Part shown: positions 46,728-58,123 of the stretch, one piece after another
Numbering within the stretch: the first letter of the stretch is position 1
Layout of the letters: each line of letters starts with the position of its first letter
Assembly: GCA_950097015.1 (NCBI GenBank)
Contig: CATNEN010000032.1
Span: 806,001-870,000, forward strand
Length of the DNA: 64,000 bases
Source: Macrostomum hystrix
Lineage: Eukaryota > Animalia > Platyhelminthes
Direction: 5' to 3'
Notes under the pieces: generated by a model
Seen by the model: the letters and a program-made list of their open reading frames with translations, nothing else
Told to the model about the DNA's origin: nothing
Database searches by the model: none
Program-made: the position numbers and the translations under genes

Positions 46728-47900
46728 TGTGATTGTACCATAGACTTATTTTCTGCAGGCCCTCGACCATCAGTCTGCAGATGTCGCCGCCGCCGGGCCA
46801 GTCGGCGGTAGCCAGCCCGCCGGTGCCGCGGCTTCCTGTTGCTGCCGACGCTGCTAGGCGAATGTCCCAGTTTCGCGCGGCTCGTCGGAGGCCGCCATAA
46901 CTCACCCGCCGCTATTGATTTTATAACAAAATATTTATAGAACAAAAAATTCGAACTAGTAAACGATGACCCTAACCAAAATCCGACTGAAGGAAATGTA
47001 ATGTTTACTGCAATGTCCAAACTTTGTCCCTACGAGTACTACTCGCTGTGACCAGCCGTTAATTGCTGAAGATACGAGTATATTTAGTTGCTTAACTTTT
47101 CATTGGCTGCATTTTAGAAATCGAAAGGTGTCCCAGATGCAACTTATGAAGTAGACTGCAACTTTTTCAAAGATGTTGTTGTCATATTTGTTGTTCGAAT
47201 GTTACAAGTATGCTTCGGCCGTCGCTTGCTCAAACGGATACGGCACCTATGCAGATCCTAATGAACAGTAGCACTTTCTTAAGCAAATAATTTACTAACT
47301 TTGCTTTGTATGCTTTTTGTTTCGACTTGAAATTTTCGAATGTGGAATTTGCCGCAGAGAGCGAAGCTAAGTAGGAGTGCCGTCAATTATTGAGCCAGTG
47401 ACATGGTCAATGGCCGGTTTTTTCCAGGGCTTTTCCACCAATGGCCCACCCGAGGAATTTCTGTTTGCGACTTTATTCCAGCCAATTAGAGAGCTCTGTT
47501 GAGCCGCAGCCAATAGTAACCGCTAGCTGGCGGGGAGGGGTCCAAAACGGCTATATTAGTACACACGCGACACCTCCAAGTCCAGACTTCGGGCCTGAGC
47601 TGAGAATACTCTTGGAGAAGTAGATCGCTCCTGACTTTATTAAACTAGGAAATGTTAGGATCACAAATTATCTCCAAAGGCGTTCGTCTCGTTCAGTGTG
47701 GAAGGATTTCCACAGCACTTGTCTGATGTCTCGACTTTTTCGGTGTTAATTAGTAGTATGGGATACTATGGCACTGCGGCAGTAGCACTGGCGATATAGG
47801 CTATACTCCGAAAGCCCGTTATAAGTTAAGCGAGGAGTCATCTGGCTCAAGCGACTGCCAGAGGACTGCACGCAGGACATCCTGAGACGGCTAAGTCGAT

Positions 47901-48604
47901 TGACTGCCGTTTTTTTCTATTCTACTCGAGCTGGCCTGGAATCTGACTCCATCTTCATGGACGTGCGACTTTGAGCGAACGCAAATCAATGCGATTCGCC
48001 AGGTTTCTGAGATTAAACTATCTGGCTGCCTGTTCCACTTAAGCCAGTGTGTCTATCGAAAGTCTGTATCCGAAGGACTCAAGCAGCAGTTGGAGCAGGT
48101 GGACCCTTCTTTTCATGCTGGTGCAGACTGCTACGGCTGCGTTTGAATAGTTCACTCACTTTGCTTCCCGACTTTGCTGATGCACTGGACACAGTCAAAG
48201 ACTACTTCGAGGATCAATGGATCGGCCGACTAGCTGTCCAAAATGTTCAGATTCAGAGGCGGCAACCAAAGTTTCTTCTGACATCATTGAATGTCCGGGA
48301 CCGCACTCTTAATGGCATGCACCGAACGAATAACTCGGTCGAGGGGTGGCATCGACGGCTACAGAGTGCTCTGCAGTGCAACAAGCCACACCTTTTTAAA
48401 CTCATAAACAAATTGAAGGAGGAATGCGATTATCAAAAGCTGCTTATGCAGCGCGCCAACGCCAACGGTGGAGGTCCACCTAAACACCGGAAGTATGCTC
48501 AAAGCGACGCACATGTGCTGCGCATTACCCAATTATGGGCCGTGACTATCCGGTACGTGACTTTCTTCGAGGAATTGCGCACCACATTAAGAAGTGAGTG
48601 TTAA
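47901..48604 (+). pseudogene. MULE/Mutator transposase C-terminal fragment
   Basis: TCDFE, SGCLFHLSQCVYRK (read from the mirror ORF 62008-62253), DYFEDQWIG and RTNNSVEGWH. Confidence 0.85.
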
Positions 48605-49673
48605 GGGACTGATTGACACATTAGTTGAATCGAATAATTTACTTTCTACTATTTTGGTTGGTCCATTTCTTTTACTTTGCATCATTTATTCATATTAAAA
48701 AGTGGGGGTCTGTATAAAAGCTGGCGCCTGCACTTGCACAACTTGCAGAAATTCATATAAATTCATACTTGTTCTTACAGCAGTGTCATTGCTGGTGCCA
48801 GCTTTAATTCAGACCAAACTTTTGAGGGGTATTGATGTTGAAATAAACTGACTAGCTAAAAAACAAGATTTGTTCTAATTAAAAAGTTGCTGAAAGGTAT
48901 TTTTATTGTAAAAAAGTTTTGTAAATACTTTCTACTATAGATATCATATCTGTATCACCAAGTAATTCCAATTCCGCATTTGTACAGGAGCTAGCTCTCC
49001 ATCGCTCGTCTGCTTCGCGCTGGAGTCCCGCAAAGGGGCGTTCTTTCGCCGCTCCTTTTCGCCTTCTACCTGGCTGATCTCCCAGTTCCGGATGTCAAGC
49101 TCATTAAGTACGCCGATGATCTCTCCATCTGCGCTTGCTTTTATCTTGTTCATCGCATCCTGCTTATCCTGCAACCCTACGTTGATACGCTGTGCCGCTA
49201 CATCAGCAAATATCTGCAAATTTCACCTGGCAAATCAACCGCCACTGTCTTCACCACCACCACCCATAAATTCCGCCTGGCGCCGCCATTTTTTGCTCGA
49301 TTGGCAATTCAATCGATTTTGTCACTAATCCTAAGATCCTCGGAGTATCCGAAGATCCATCCTTCCACCCCCTCCTTAGGTTCCAAGAGCACGTGAAAGC
49401 CACGTCTAATGAAAGGAAGTTATTTCGACTCAAACGCTTTTTGTACTTTTCCAATGCATTTGCGCTTCGCATACTTTCCGCCCGACGCACTTTGCGATAC
49501 GCCATTTGCTGCAAACGCGAAAGCCAATGAGAGCTCAAGACCATGCTGTTGTTGTGCGTGCCCAACCCCCCCCGAGGCCTGTGCCAGTTTTCTCTCTCTC
49601 TTTCTCTTGTCCCTTGCTTGCGCCCATCCGCCGTGTGCTGACCCAGCACAATGGACCATGCGCAATGATAGAT

Positions 49674-49744
49674 TGTATGGTATGCGGCTGAGTGGAATAA
49701 TGGCCGAATCACGGCCATTATTCCACTAAGCCACATACCATACA
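49674..49744. repeat. Hairpin containing a lox/dif-like 14-7-14 palindrome (49692-49726)
   Basis: GTGGAATAATGGCC gaatcac GGCCATTATTCCAC, with imperfect outer arms tgtatggtatgcggctga and taagccacataccataca. Confidence 0.9.
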
Positions 49745-49976
49745 AGTGCATTGACCAACTTCCCCACTCAGAACCAATAATCATGATTGTTCAACGGTAG
49801 ACGGATGTCTATGGCCACGCCAGGCCACGCCAAACAGATTGGCCTTTTTGACTTTATTTTAGGCAAAAACGAATTGAAACGATTTGAAACAATTAGCGCA
49901 ATTGAAACAGTAACGCAACTGACAGCAGCATGTGCTGCACTCCCTCTGTCCATTGTCAAAATACAGATGCAGATGC

Positions 49977-50235
49977 TCAGTGGGGCTCCTGGGGCGGTCC
50001 GATCGTGAAAGTGCAGTTGGTGAAACTGCAGTCACCAAATACCGCAGCGTAGTTGCGGCCCGTAACGCTGACGGCTCTGTTGCTCACGTTGCTAGTCGCA
50101 CTTGACACCACCCGTGGGGCGGGCTCCGATTCGCCCTCCACATGCCGGACCAGTGCGTCGCTCACAGACGTTGCCAGATCCCTCATCGTGCGATCTCGCT
50201 TGCGTGACAGGTACCGTCGCACGGTTCAGACTGTT
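49977..50235 (-). pseudogene. C-terminal fragment of a Crypton YR related to 50655-52030
   Basis: TVRRYLSRKRDR versus TVRRYLARKRDR in the full-length copy. Confidence 0.7.
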
Positions 50236-50654
50236 CAGGCTTGGGGCTTCTACTCTTGCCTTCCTTCCTTCCTTCCATCCTTCCGTCAGCTTTAGCCAAT
50301 GTCTTTTTGTCTATGGTCCATCCTTCTCCTCTGCCCAGCCAATCCTCACGAACACGAACTTCGCCACTCGTGACAATTTCTTATTGTCTATCTCGGCAAC
50401 CGCATACACACAACTTACATTGTATGTACACTTTCACTCAGCGCGCAGTCATTATTCCACACTTTTGCGGCCATTATTCCACACTTTTCAAGTGCCATTA
50501 ATCCAGACTTTCCTCCTGACCATAGACTAAACGTTGCTCGCTATGTTGTCTGCAGAGGTTACTTGGGCCATAGACAGAAAACTTGCAATATGGATGTCTA
50601 TTTCTCATCACTCTTGACATGTTAAGGGACGCGTTTTTGTAGCTTCCCACTCCT

Positions 50655-52030
50655 GTGAACGAAATGCCGGCGCTTATCAATTGGAAAAATCTACCGGTCG
50701 ACGCGCTAAACGGTGTCAAGATGGACGAGCTGCAACTTTTGTCGGAGATAAGCATGCATGGAGAACATAACGATTACCAGGCCCTGAGTGATTTCATTAA
50801 GTGGCTTGAGAACGATCATGGCACTGAAGAACTGCCCGAACTTCCGGAGGTGGCGGGCGACGACATGGACCTGAGTTCGAGAATGGATGGCGTAGAAATT
50901 CAGTCACTGCCAAAGTCAACTGTGGACCAGATGAATCGGCATGGGCAGGCTTTCGTGAAGTTTCTCTCTGAGACAACCGAGGAGTCGCCTGTGACGATGG
51001 AAGTGTGGAAGCTGAATGAGTACTTGCGCTATTATTATTTCGGTCTGCAGAGGACGGACGGTGAAAAGTATTCGCCATCAAGTCTTGTGTGCATTAGAGC
51101 TGGGATACACCGGTACTTTAACCTAATTCTGAAGCGCTCTATCAACTTCATTGGCGGAGAAGAGTTTGCGAGCTCCAATCGCATGCTAAGAGTGAAGGTG
51201 AGGGAATTCCACAATGCTGGAGGCGCTACCAAGCAATTTGAGGCTATCGAGGAAGCTGATCTAACAAAGTTGCGAGCATATTTCGATGGAAGTACCGCTG
51301 AGAAGTTGCAGGATGGGAATTGTTCACCATTATGTACGTTTTTGGAGAGCGTGGGCAAGAGCACATGCCGGCACTGAAGGCAGCAAACAGTCTGTTGATG
51401 AAGGTGGATGCTGATGGCAGACCCTATATGTCGCTTCCAATACTGCCTACGAAGAATCAAAGTTCCGATCCTACGCGTTGTATGGACGACAGCTCGAAGC
51501 AAGCTAGGCTGTATGGGAAGCAGCTGGACCTGGTGAATAAATACATTTCGCTGCTCCTATCGGATCGCAAGGACGACTGCTTGTTCCCAAGAGCACTACC
51601 GAATGACAAGACGACAGGTTGTCTGCGTTTCTCATCTCAGCAGGTACGTGGCATCAATTGGTTCACCTCACTGATGAAACGGCTTAGCAAGCAGTATAGT
51701 CTATCTCGAGAGTATACAAATCATTGCATACGGGTGACGCGAATCGCGGACTTGCACGAGACTGGCCATGGAATGAACGATATCATGTGCATCACCGGTC
51801 AGAAGAGCGAAAGAACGGTGCGCCGATATCTAGCAAGGAAGCGCGACCGCGCAGTTTTTAAAGCGTCGACGGCTGTAAGCGGCGCCTTAGAGCGTCCTAT
51901 CGAGGTTCCCAAGCAATCGAACGGCGTAAAAATGTCGTGCATTGAGACAGGTGTCGACGGTATCTCACCTGTCGAAGTCAAGCCGGCTAATGAAGTGCAT
52001 CTTTCAAGTGGTAAGTTTATGAGTAATTAA
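50655..52030 (+). pseudogene. Full-length Crypton-type tyrosine recombinase, single frameshift near 51312
   Basis: Core-binding region (LNEYLRYYYFGLQRTDGEKYSPSSLVCIRAGIHRY), then ERGQE (R), QVRGINW, TNHCIR (HxxR), TGQK (H/W position is Q) and VRRY (Y). Confidence 0.9.
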
Positions 52031-52380
52031 ATGAATGTTTATTTATCAGAAAATGTTTGTCGGTGAATAAATGTTCCTTTGGTGTCAAAACAGTTTCGCT
52101 TTCAATTATTGCAGTGATGAACACCCAGGCCCAAGTGTCTCGTATTTTCGAAAAATTGCCGGTTTGAAAACTGCACGTTTAATTTCGGGGTGAGTAAGTA
52201 ATAGGCGTCTTTGACATGTGCAGTAACGTTGATAGGCAGTGACATTCAATTGCTCCTGTTCTGGTTTTGTGTTCATGGTTATTTAATGCATGGATGAATG
52301 TCGCTTTCTGCAAGCTAAAAGAGCCTACGAGCAAGCAAATGAATGCAAAATAGAAAAATGCATGCAATCGGAGCTTCTCT

Positions 52381-52502
52381 GCTAGTAATCTATGGCAAAA
52401 ACTGTGTCAAAGCGTCAAGCAAGTGAATCCTTCAAGCACGCATTTCAGTACATGCTTTTCTTGTTTGACGCTTTGACACAGTTTTTGCCATAGACTACTA
52501 GC
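52381..52502. repeat. Foldback of about 120 bp with TATGG/CCATA near its ends
   Basis: gctagtaatctatggcaaaaactgtgtcaaagcgtcaa pairs with ttgacgctttgacacagtttttgccatagactactagc. Confidence 0.92.
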
Positions 52503-52728
52503 CGTGAGGCCCCGATTCAGTTGGATTCAATTTCTTGCTCGTAGGTTCTACTAGCTCGAAAAATGCAATAAAATAAATTATATCGTTTCAGTTATATTTT
52601 CATCCATGGTTTATTAGTTAAAATATACTGATGGACTCTTTTGTCTATGGAAAGTTCCAAAAGTGTGGAATAATGGCCTAAATGAAATTTCATTGCGTCT
52701 GAGGGAAAGTATACATACAATGCGCAAT

Positions 52729-53260
52729 GGACCGATTTTATGAAGCACTGCTAAGTTAGCAGTTAGCAGCAGCTATTTAGCAGTCGCTAAATTTTTGGTT
52801 TCATGGATTCACTGCTAAATATCCGCTGCTAAGCTAGCAGTTTGGTTGTGCCATAGACTAAATCCGTGGGGCTGATCTCAATCTCAATCAATCTTCCCCC
52901 CGTTCCTCATGAGCATTAGAACCAGCGAAACTTCTTTTCCGTCTGATAAGTGCGCTGCTTCGAATAAGAAATAAGATCAAATGGCTTCTGTTGAGCAAAA
53001 TAAATTATTTCTAAGTCTGATGCGAGATCGCAAGACTGTCCTATTTAGAAGTTTCGCAGACAACTCCGAAGCGAAGATCAAGTAGAGGAAGTCATGGGAA
53101 GAGATTCGAGATGCTATGGAGGCAAACGGTCTGTGCAAGTCTGTCGAGTATCTGCGCAGAATATTCTCTATTCTCTATTCTCTATCGAAGAATATTCGCC
53201 TAACATCTATGAAGAAGATCGACGCTCGCCGTCTGACAGGCGCAGCGGGAGGTGAGACCA
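52729..53260 (+). mobile_element. Harbinger end fragment (H4 family): TIR plus 5-prime part of the Myb gene (from 52981), cut by mariner
   Basis: TIR ggaccgattttatgaagcactgcta; near-identical in reverse to 44120-44553; internal stop and ttctcta micro-duplication. Confidence 0.88.
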
Positions 53261-53262
53261 TA

Positions 53263-54520
53263 CGAGGAGCGATCAAAAAGTTCTGCAACCAACTGTCCTG
53301 TAGCCACTTCTGCTGCACCAAATAAAGTGAAATTTGCTGGAGTTGTTCAAAATTTTGTTTTCTCCTTCCTTGTAGAGTTTCAGTTGATTTCGTGAATCGG
53401 TTTCAGTTTTACTGGACACCAACCAACTCCAGTTTTCAGCCTGTACATCGTCAAAAGACAACATTCGCTTCTACATCTATATGCGCATGGATCTGGAGAA
53501 AAAAGCTGTGGAAATTCACAGCGACTTAGTTTCAGTGTTGGCTGAAGCTGCGCCGTCATTTGACACTGTCGCACGCTGGATGCGCCACTTTACCGATGGA
53601 CGAACGAGCTCCAAAGACGAGAGTCGGTCTGGACGACCCCGGACATCCGTGACCGAGGCATCAGTGGCCCGCGCGGACGCAATTGTGCGCGAGGATCACA
53701 GTGTGACACTGAGATTCTTTGCCTACGAGCTCGGTGTCAGCTATGGAAGCGCCTATGCATGAGCAGCTGGGCCGCTCCAAGACCTGCGCCCGCTGGGTGC
53801 CGCACCTGCTTACAATGGAACAGTGCGCTGAGTGCATGCGAATCTGCCGCCTGTGGCTGGAGCTGTTTGAACCAAATGGTCCAAGAAGGCTGTCTGACGT
53901 CGTGACAGGAGACGAATGTTGGATTTCCTTCTTCACGATGAAGGAAGGACAAGCAGTCCAACATGGTCTGGCTGACCGAAGATGAGCCCAGGCCCGACGT
54001 CCTGAAGACGGGGTTCCGAAGCAGGAAGAGGATGTTCACCATCTTCTTCAACTCTCAAGGAGTCGTGGCGGTCGACATTCTTCCTGAGGGCAGCACGGTG
54101 ACTGCCAAGTATTACACCGAAACCGTGCTGCCTGCTGTGCTTGAGAAGAGGCGGCAGCGGGCGAGAACTCGGCATGGTGCCAGATTGCTGCTCCACCACG
54201 ACAATGCGGCACCGCACACTGCAGCTGCAACTCGGGCCTTCTTGGAGCAGGAAGGAGTTCAGCTGCTGCCTCACCCGCCCTACTCACCGGACCTCGCACC
54301 CTGCGACTTCTGACTGTTGCCCAAATTGAAGTCTGCCGTCTCTGGGAGTCAATTTTCTCGCATTCAGGACCTGGCACGAGAAGTCAAATCAGAACTCGAG
54401 AGACTACCAACATCAGAGTACCTCAGCTGCTTCCAGGCCTGGCGGTTGCGAATGCAACGGTGCATTGAAGCTGAGGGGAAGTACTTTGAGGGAATGCGAC
54501 ACTGAATGTGTGCTCCAGAA
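53263..54520 (+). mobile_element. mariner (DD34D) element, frameshifted, 3-prime TIR missing or truncated
   Basis: TA then cgaggagcgatcaaaaagtt; RSGRP, ARWVPHLL, VTGDECW, HHDNAAPH, YSPDLAPCDF* and GKYFE. Confidence 0.92.
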
Positions 54521-54960
54521 TTCTGTGTGCTTCTGACGAAGATAACATTTGGCTATCTGAAGTTCTTGGTGTAGATAATCCAGATCGGTTGACTAAGACT
54601 CTCTTCTTTCTCAATGGTCTCCACTTCGCCCTACGTGAATGTGATAAGCATTCGAATCAGCTACTGTCGCAGATAAAAATTGAAGTTCGCGAAAACAATA
54701 AGTGTATTGTTTAACGAGAAGCCTCATCAAAGATTTACTATGGTGGCTCAAGTGACAAGCAGCAGAAAAAAAGTGGAGCAGATGTACGTCCCTTCTAACA
54801 CTAAATTATCTGTCACCTAGAAGTGTTCCTGAAAGTGCATCCACCAAATGCATAATGGTTCTACCTCCAGTCGGCCAAAAACTGGGAGTGCGGCACGGCA
54901 TGGTAAGACCAATAGGCAAAAACTACATGTGCAAAATGATGACAATGATGCAATAATCTA
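54508..54960 (+). pseudogene. Degenerate Crypton YR fragment (third lineage) in the spacer
   Basis: VLGVDNPDRLTKTLFFLNGLHFALR...H and, by hand translation, IGKNYMCKMM near 54915-54945. Confidence 0.75.
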
Positions 54961-55921
54961 AAATTGTGCCTTTTAGCAAGAAACAAACCATATCTGTAAA
55001 ATTTTGTTAAGAGAAAATTAGTAAAATTATGATTGAAATGTTAATATACTTGCCTCTTTGAGTTGTAATTGTGTGTCTAAACCTAAATTTGTGTTTTTAA
55101 TGTTGGCAATTGTTTTTGCCAGCATTAAAAGGGGCAGAGTCAGAACAAGGGGCAGAATGCGAGGCTGATGGTTCTCTTTAGGCCATTCGACCTCTGGCTG
55201 CAGACCCACATTTTTGTGTGCCATTTCTGAGGTCCTGTGTACCTCTTAAAGGCTGCAGAATTAGCCGGCCATACAATCACGATATTATGCGGCACATGAA
55301 GGCGTGAGTTTGTTGTATTTATTTTTTACTTTCATAATTTCTTACTGTGACTATAAGTTATTACTGCAGTTGGTGCATGTGTTAAATAGAATTTAACAGT
55401 TAAGTGTTTTCATCCTTGATGATTTCCTTCACAGGCATCACGAAGGCGAAAAATGGCCTCATTTTATTCGACCTGATTCGCACGGTTACCGAATCATTAT
55501 GAAGCAGCGAGAAGAGGAAGCAAGAGGCTTGGAACTGGTAGAAGAGTCTAATCTGCCATCTGAGTTGCAGCAAGCTGGTGCACAGCAACCTGTGGTGGAG
55601 CATCAGCCAACTGTAGCAATTTCGGCACCAACTGCCTACAATACTAATTCGCAGTCGCAGCGATCGTTTGAACAGCAGAACCTCTGCATTTCGCTTGGCA
55701 GTGTCGACCTGAGCACTCGTGTTCCTATGTCGACTCCAGCCATGCCCATGCCCGCCGGCGAAGAACAACAGGCATCAGTAGTCGCTGAGTCGGAAGCTGA
55801 ACCTGGCGTTCCAGTAAGCCGAATAGAGCGAGCGCAAAGTGGACAACCTTACTAAAATGCTGTCCAACTTAATTCTAGGAGAGCAGATAGAGGAGTGGGC
55901 TGATAACTCCATCAAGCTAAT

Positions 55922-56891
55922 AGTTGCAGCTGCAGTGTGCGGTGCCGCATTGTCGTGGTGGAGCAGCAATCTGGCACCATGCCGAGTTCTCGCCCGCTGC
56001 CGCCTCTTCTCAAGCACAGCAGGCAGCACGGTTTCGGTGTAATACTTGGCAGTCACCGTGCTGCCCTCAGGAAGAATGTCGACCGCCACGACTCCTTGAG
56101 AGTTGAAGAAGATGGTGAACATCCTCTTCCTGCTTCGGAACCCCGTCTTCAGGACGTCGGGCCTGGGCTCATCTTCGGTCAGCCAGACCATGTTGGACTG
56201 CTTGTCCTTCCTTCATCGTGAAGAAGGAAATCCAACATTCGTCTCCTGTCACGACGTCAGACAGCCTTCTTGGACCATTTGGTTCAAACAGCTCCAGCCA
56301 CAGGCGGCAGATTCGCATGCACTCAGCGCACTGTTCCATTGTAAGCAGGTGCGGCACCCAGCGGGCGCAGGTCTTGGAGCGGCCCAGCTGCTCATGCATA
56401 GGCGCTTCCATAGCTGACACCGAGCTCGTAGGCAAAGAATCTCAGTGTCACACTGTGATCCTCGCGCACAATTGCGTCCGCGCGGGCCACTGATGCCTCG
56501 GTCACGGATGTCCGGGGTCGTCCAGACCGACTCTCGTCTTTGGAGCTCGTTCGTCCATCGGTAAAGTGGCGCATCCAGCGTGCGACAGTGTCAAATGACG
56601 GCGCAGCTTCAGCCAACACTGAAACTAAGTCGCTGTGAATTTCCACAGCTTTTTTCTCCAGATCCATGCGCATATAGATGTAGAAGCGAATGTTGTCTTT
56701 TGACGATGTACAGGCTGAAAACTGGAGTTGGTTGGTGTCCAGTAAAACTGAAACCGATTCACGAAATCAACTGAAACTCTACAAGGAAGGAGAAAACAAA
56801 ATTTTGAACAACTCCAGCAAATTTCACTTTATTTGGTGCAGCAGAAGTGGCTACAGGACAGTTGGTTGCAGAACTTTTTGATCGCTCCTCG
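55922..56891 (-). mobile_element. Mirror copy of the mariner, truncated after HHDNAAPHTAAAT
   Basis: Mirror ORFs 56392-56673, 56169-56435 and 55775-56191. Confidence 0.92.
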
Positions 56892-56893
56892 TA

Positions 56894-57425
56894 TGGTCTC
56901 ACCTCCCGCTGCGCCTGTCAGACGGCGAGCGTCGATCTTCTTCATAGATGTTAGGCGAATATTCTTCGATAGAGAATAGAGAATAGAGAATATTCTGCGC
57001 AGATACTCGACAGACTTGCACAGACCGTTTGCCTCCATAGCATCTCGAATCTCTTCCCATGACTTCCTCTACTTGATCTTCGCTTCGGAGTTGTCTGCGA
57101 AACTTCTAAATAGGACAGTCTTGCGATCTCGCATCAGACTTAGAAATAATTTATTTTGCTCAACAGAAGCCATTTGATCTTATTTCTTATTCGAAGCAGC
57201 GCACTTATCAGACGGAAAAGAAGTTTCGCTGGTTCTAATGCTCATGAGGAACGGGGGGAAGATTGATTGAGATTGAGATCAGCCCCACGGATTTAGTCTA
57301 TGGCACAACCAAACTGCTAGCTTAGCAGCGGATATTTAGCAGTGAATCCATGAAACCAAAAATTTAGCGACTGCTAAATAGCTGCTGCTAACTGCTAACT
57401 TAGCAGTGCTTCATAAAATCGGTCC
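56894..57425 (-). mobile_element. Mirror copy of the Harbinger end fragment
   Basis: Reverse complement of 52729-53260. Confidence 0.88.
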
Positions 57426-58123
57426 ATTGCGCATTGTATGTATACTTTCCCTCAGACGCAATGAAATTTCATTTAGGCCATTATTCCACACTTTTGGAAC
57501 TTTCCATAGACAAAAGAGTCCATCAGTATATTTTAACTAATAAACCATGGATGAAAATATAACTGAAACGATATAATTTATTTTATTGCATTTTTCGAGC
57601 TAGTAGAACCTACGAGCAAGAAATTGAATCCAACTGAATCGGGGCCTCACGGCTAGTAGTCTATGGCAAAAACTGTGTCAAAGCGTCAAACAAGAAAAGC
57701 ATGTACTGAAATGCGTGCTTGAAGGATTCACTTGCTTGACGCTTTGACACAGTTTTTGCCATAGATTACTAGCAGAGAAGCTCCGATTGCATGCATTTTT
57801 CTATTTTGCATTCATTTGCTTGCTCGTAGGCTCTTTTAGCTTGCAGAAAGCGACATTCATCCATGCATTAAATAACCATGAACACAAAACCAGAACAGGA
57901 GCAATTGAATGTCACTGCCTATCAACGTTACTGCACATGTCAAAGACGCCTATTACTTACTCACCCCGAAATTAAACGTGCAGTTTTCAAACCGGCAATT
58001 TTTCGAAAATACGAGACACTTGGGCCTGGGTGTTCATCACTGCAATAATTGAAAGCGAAACTGTTTTGACACCAAAGGAACATTTATTCACCGACAAACA
58101 TTTTCTGATAAATAAACATTCAT

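Larger units (their letters stand above)
46745..54232 (+). repeat. Left arm of a 7.5-kb inverted duplication
   Basis: Every ORF in this interval has a mirror ORF at 55922-63407 (coordinate sums 110152-110154). Differences seen: two homopolymer indels and one substitution. Confidence 0.98.

Noticed and set aside
48944-49959. Several short ORFs (49251-49784 etc.) as genes
   Set aside because: No recognisable motifs, overlapping on both strands, and they span hairpin and low-complexity DNA.
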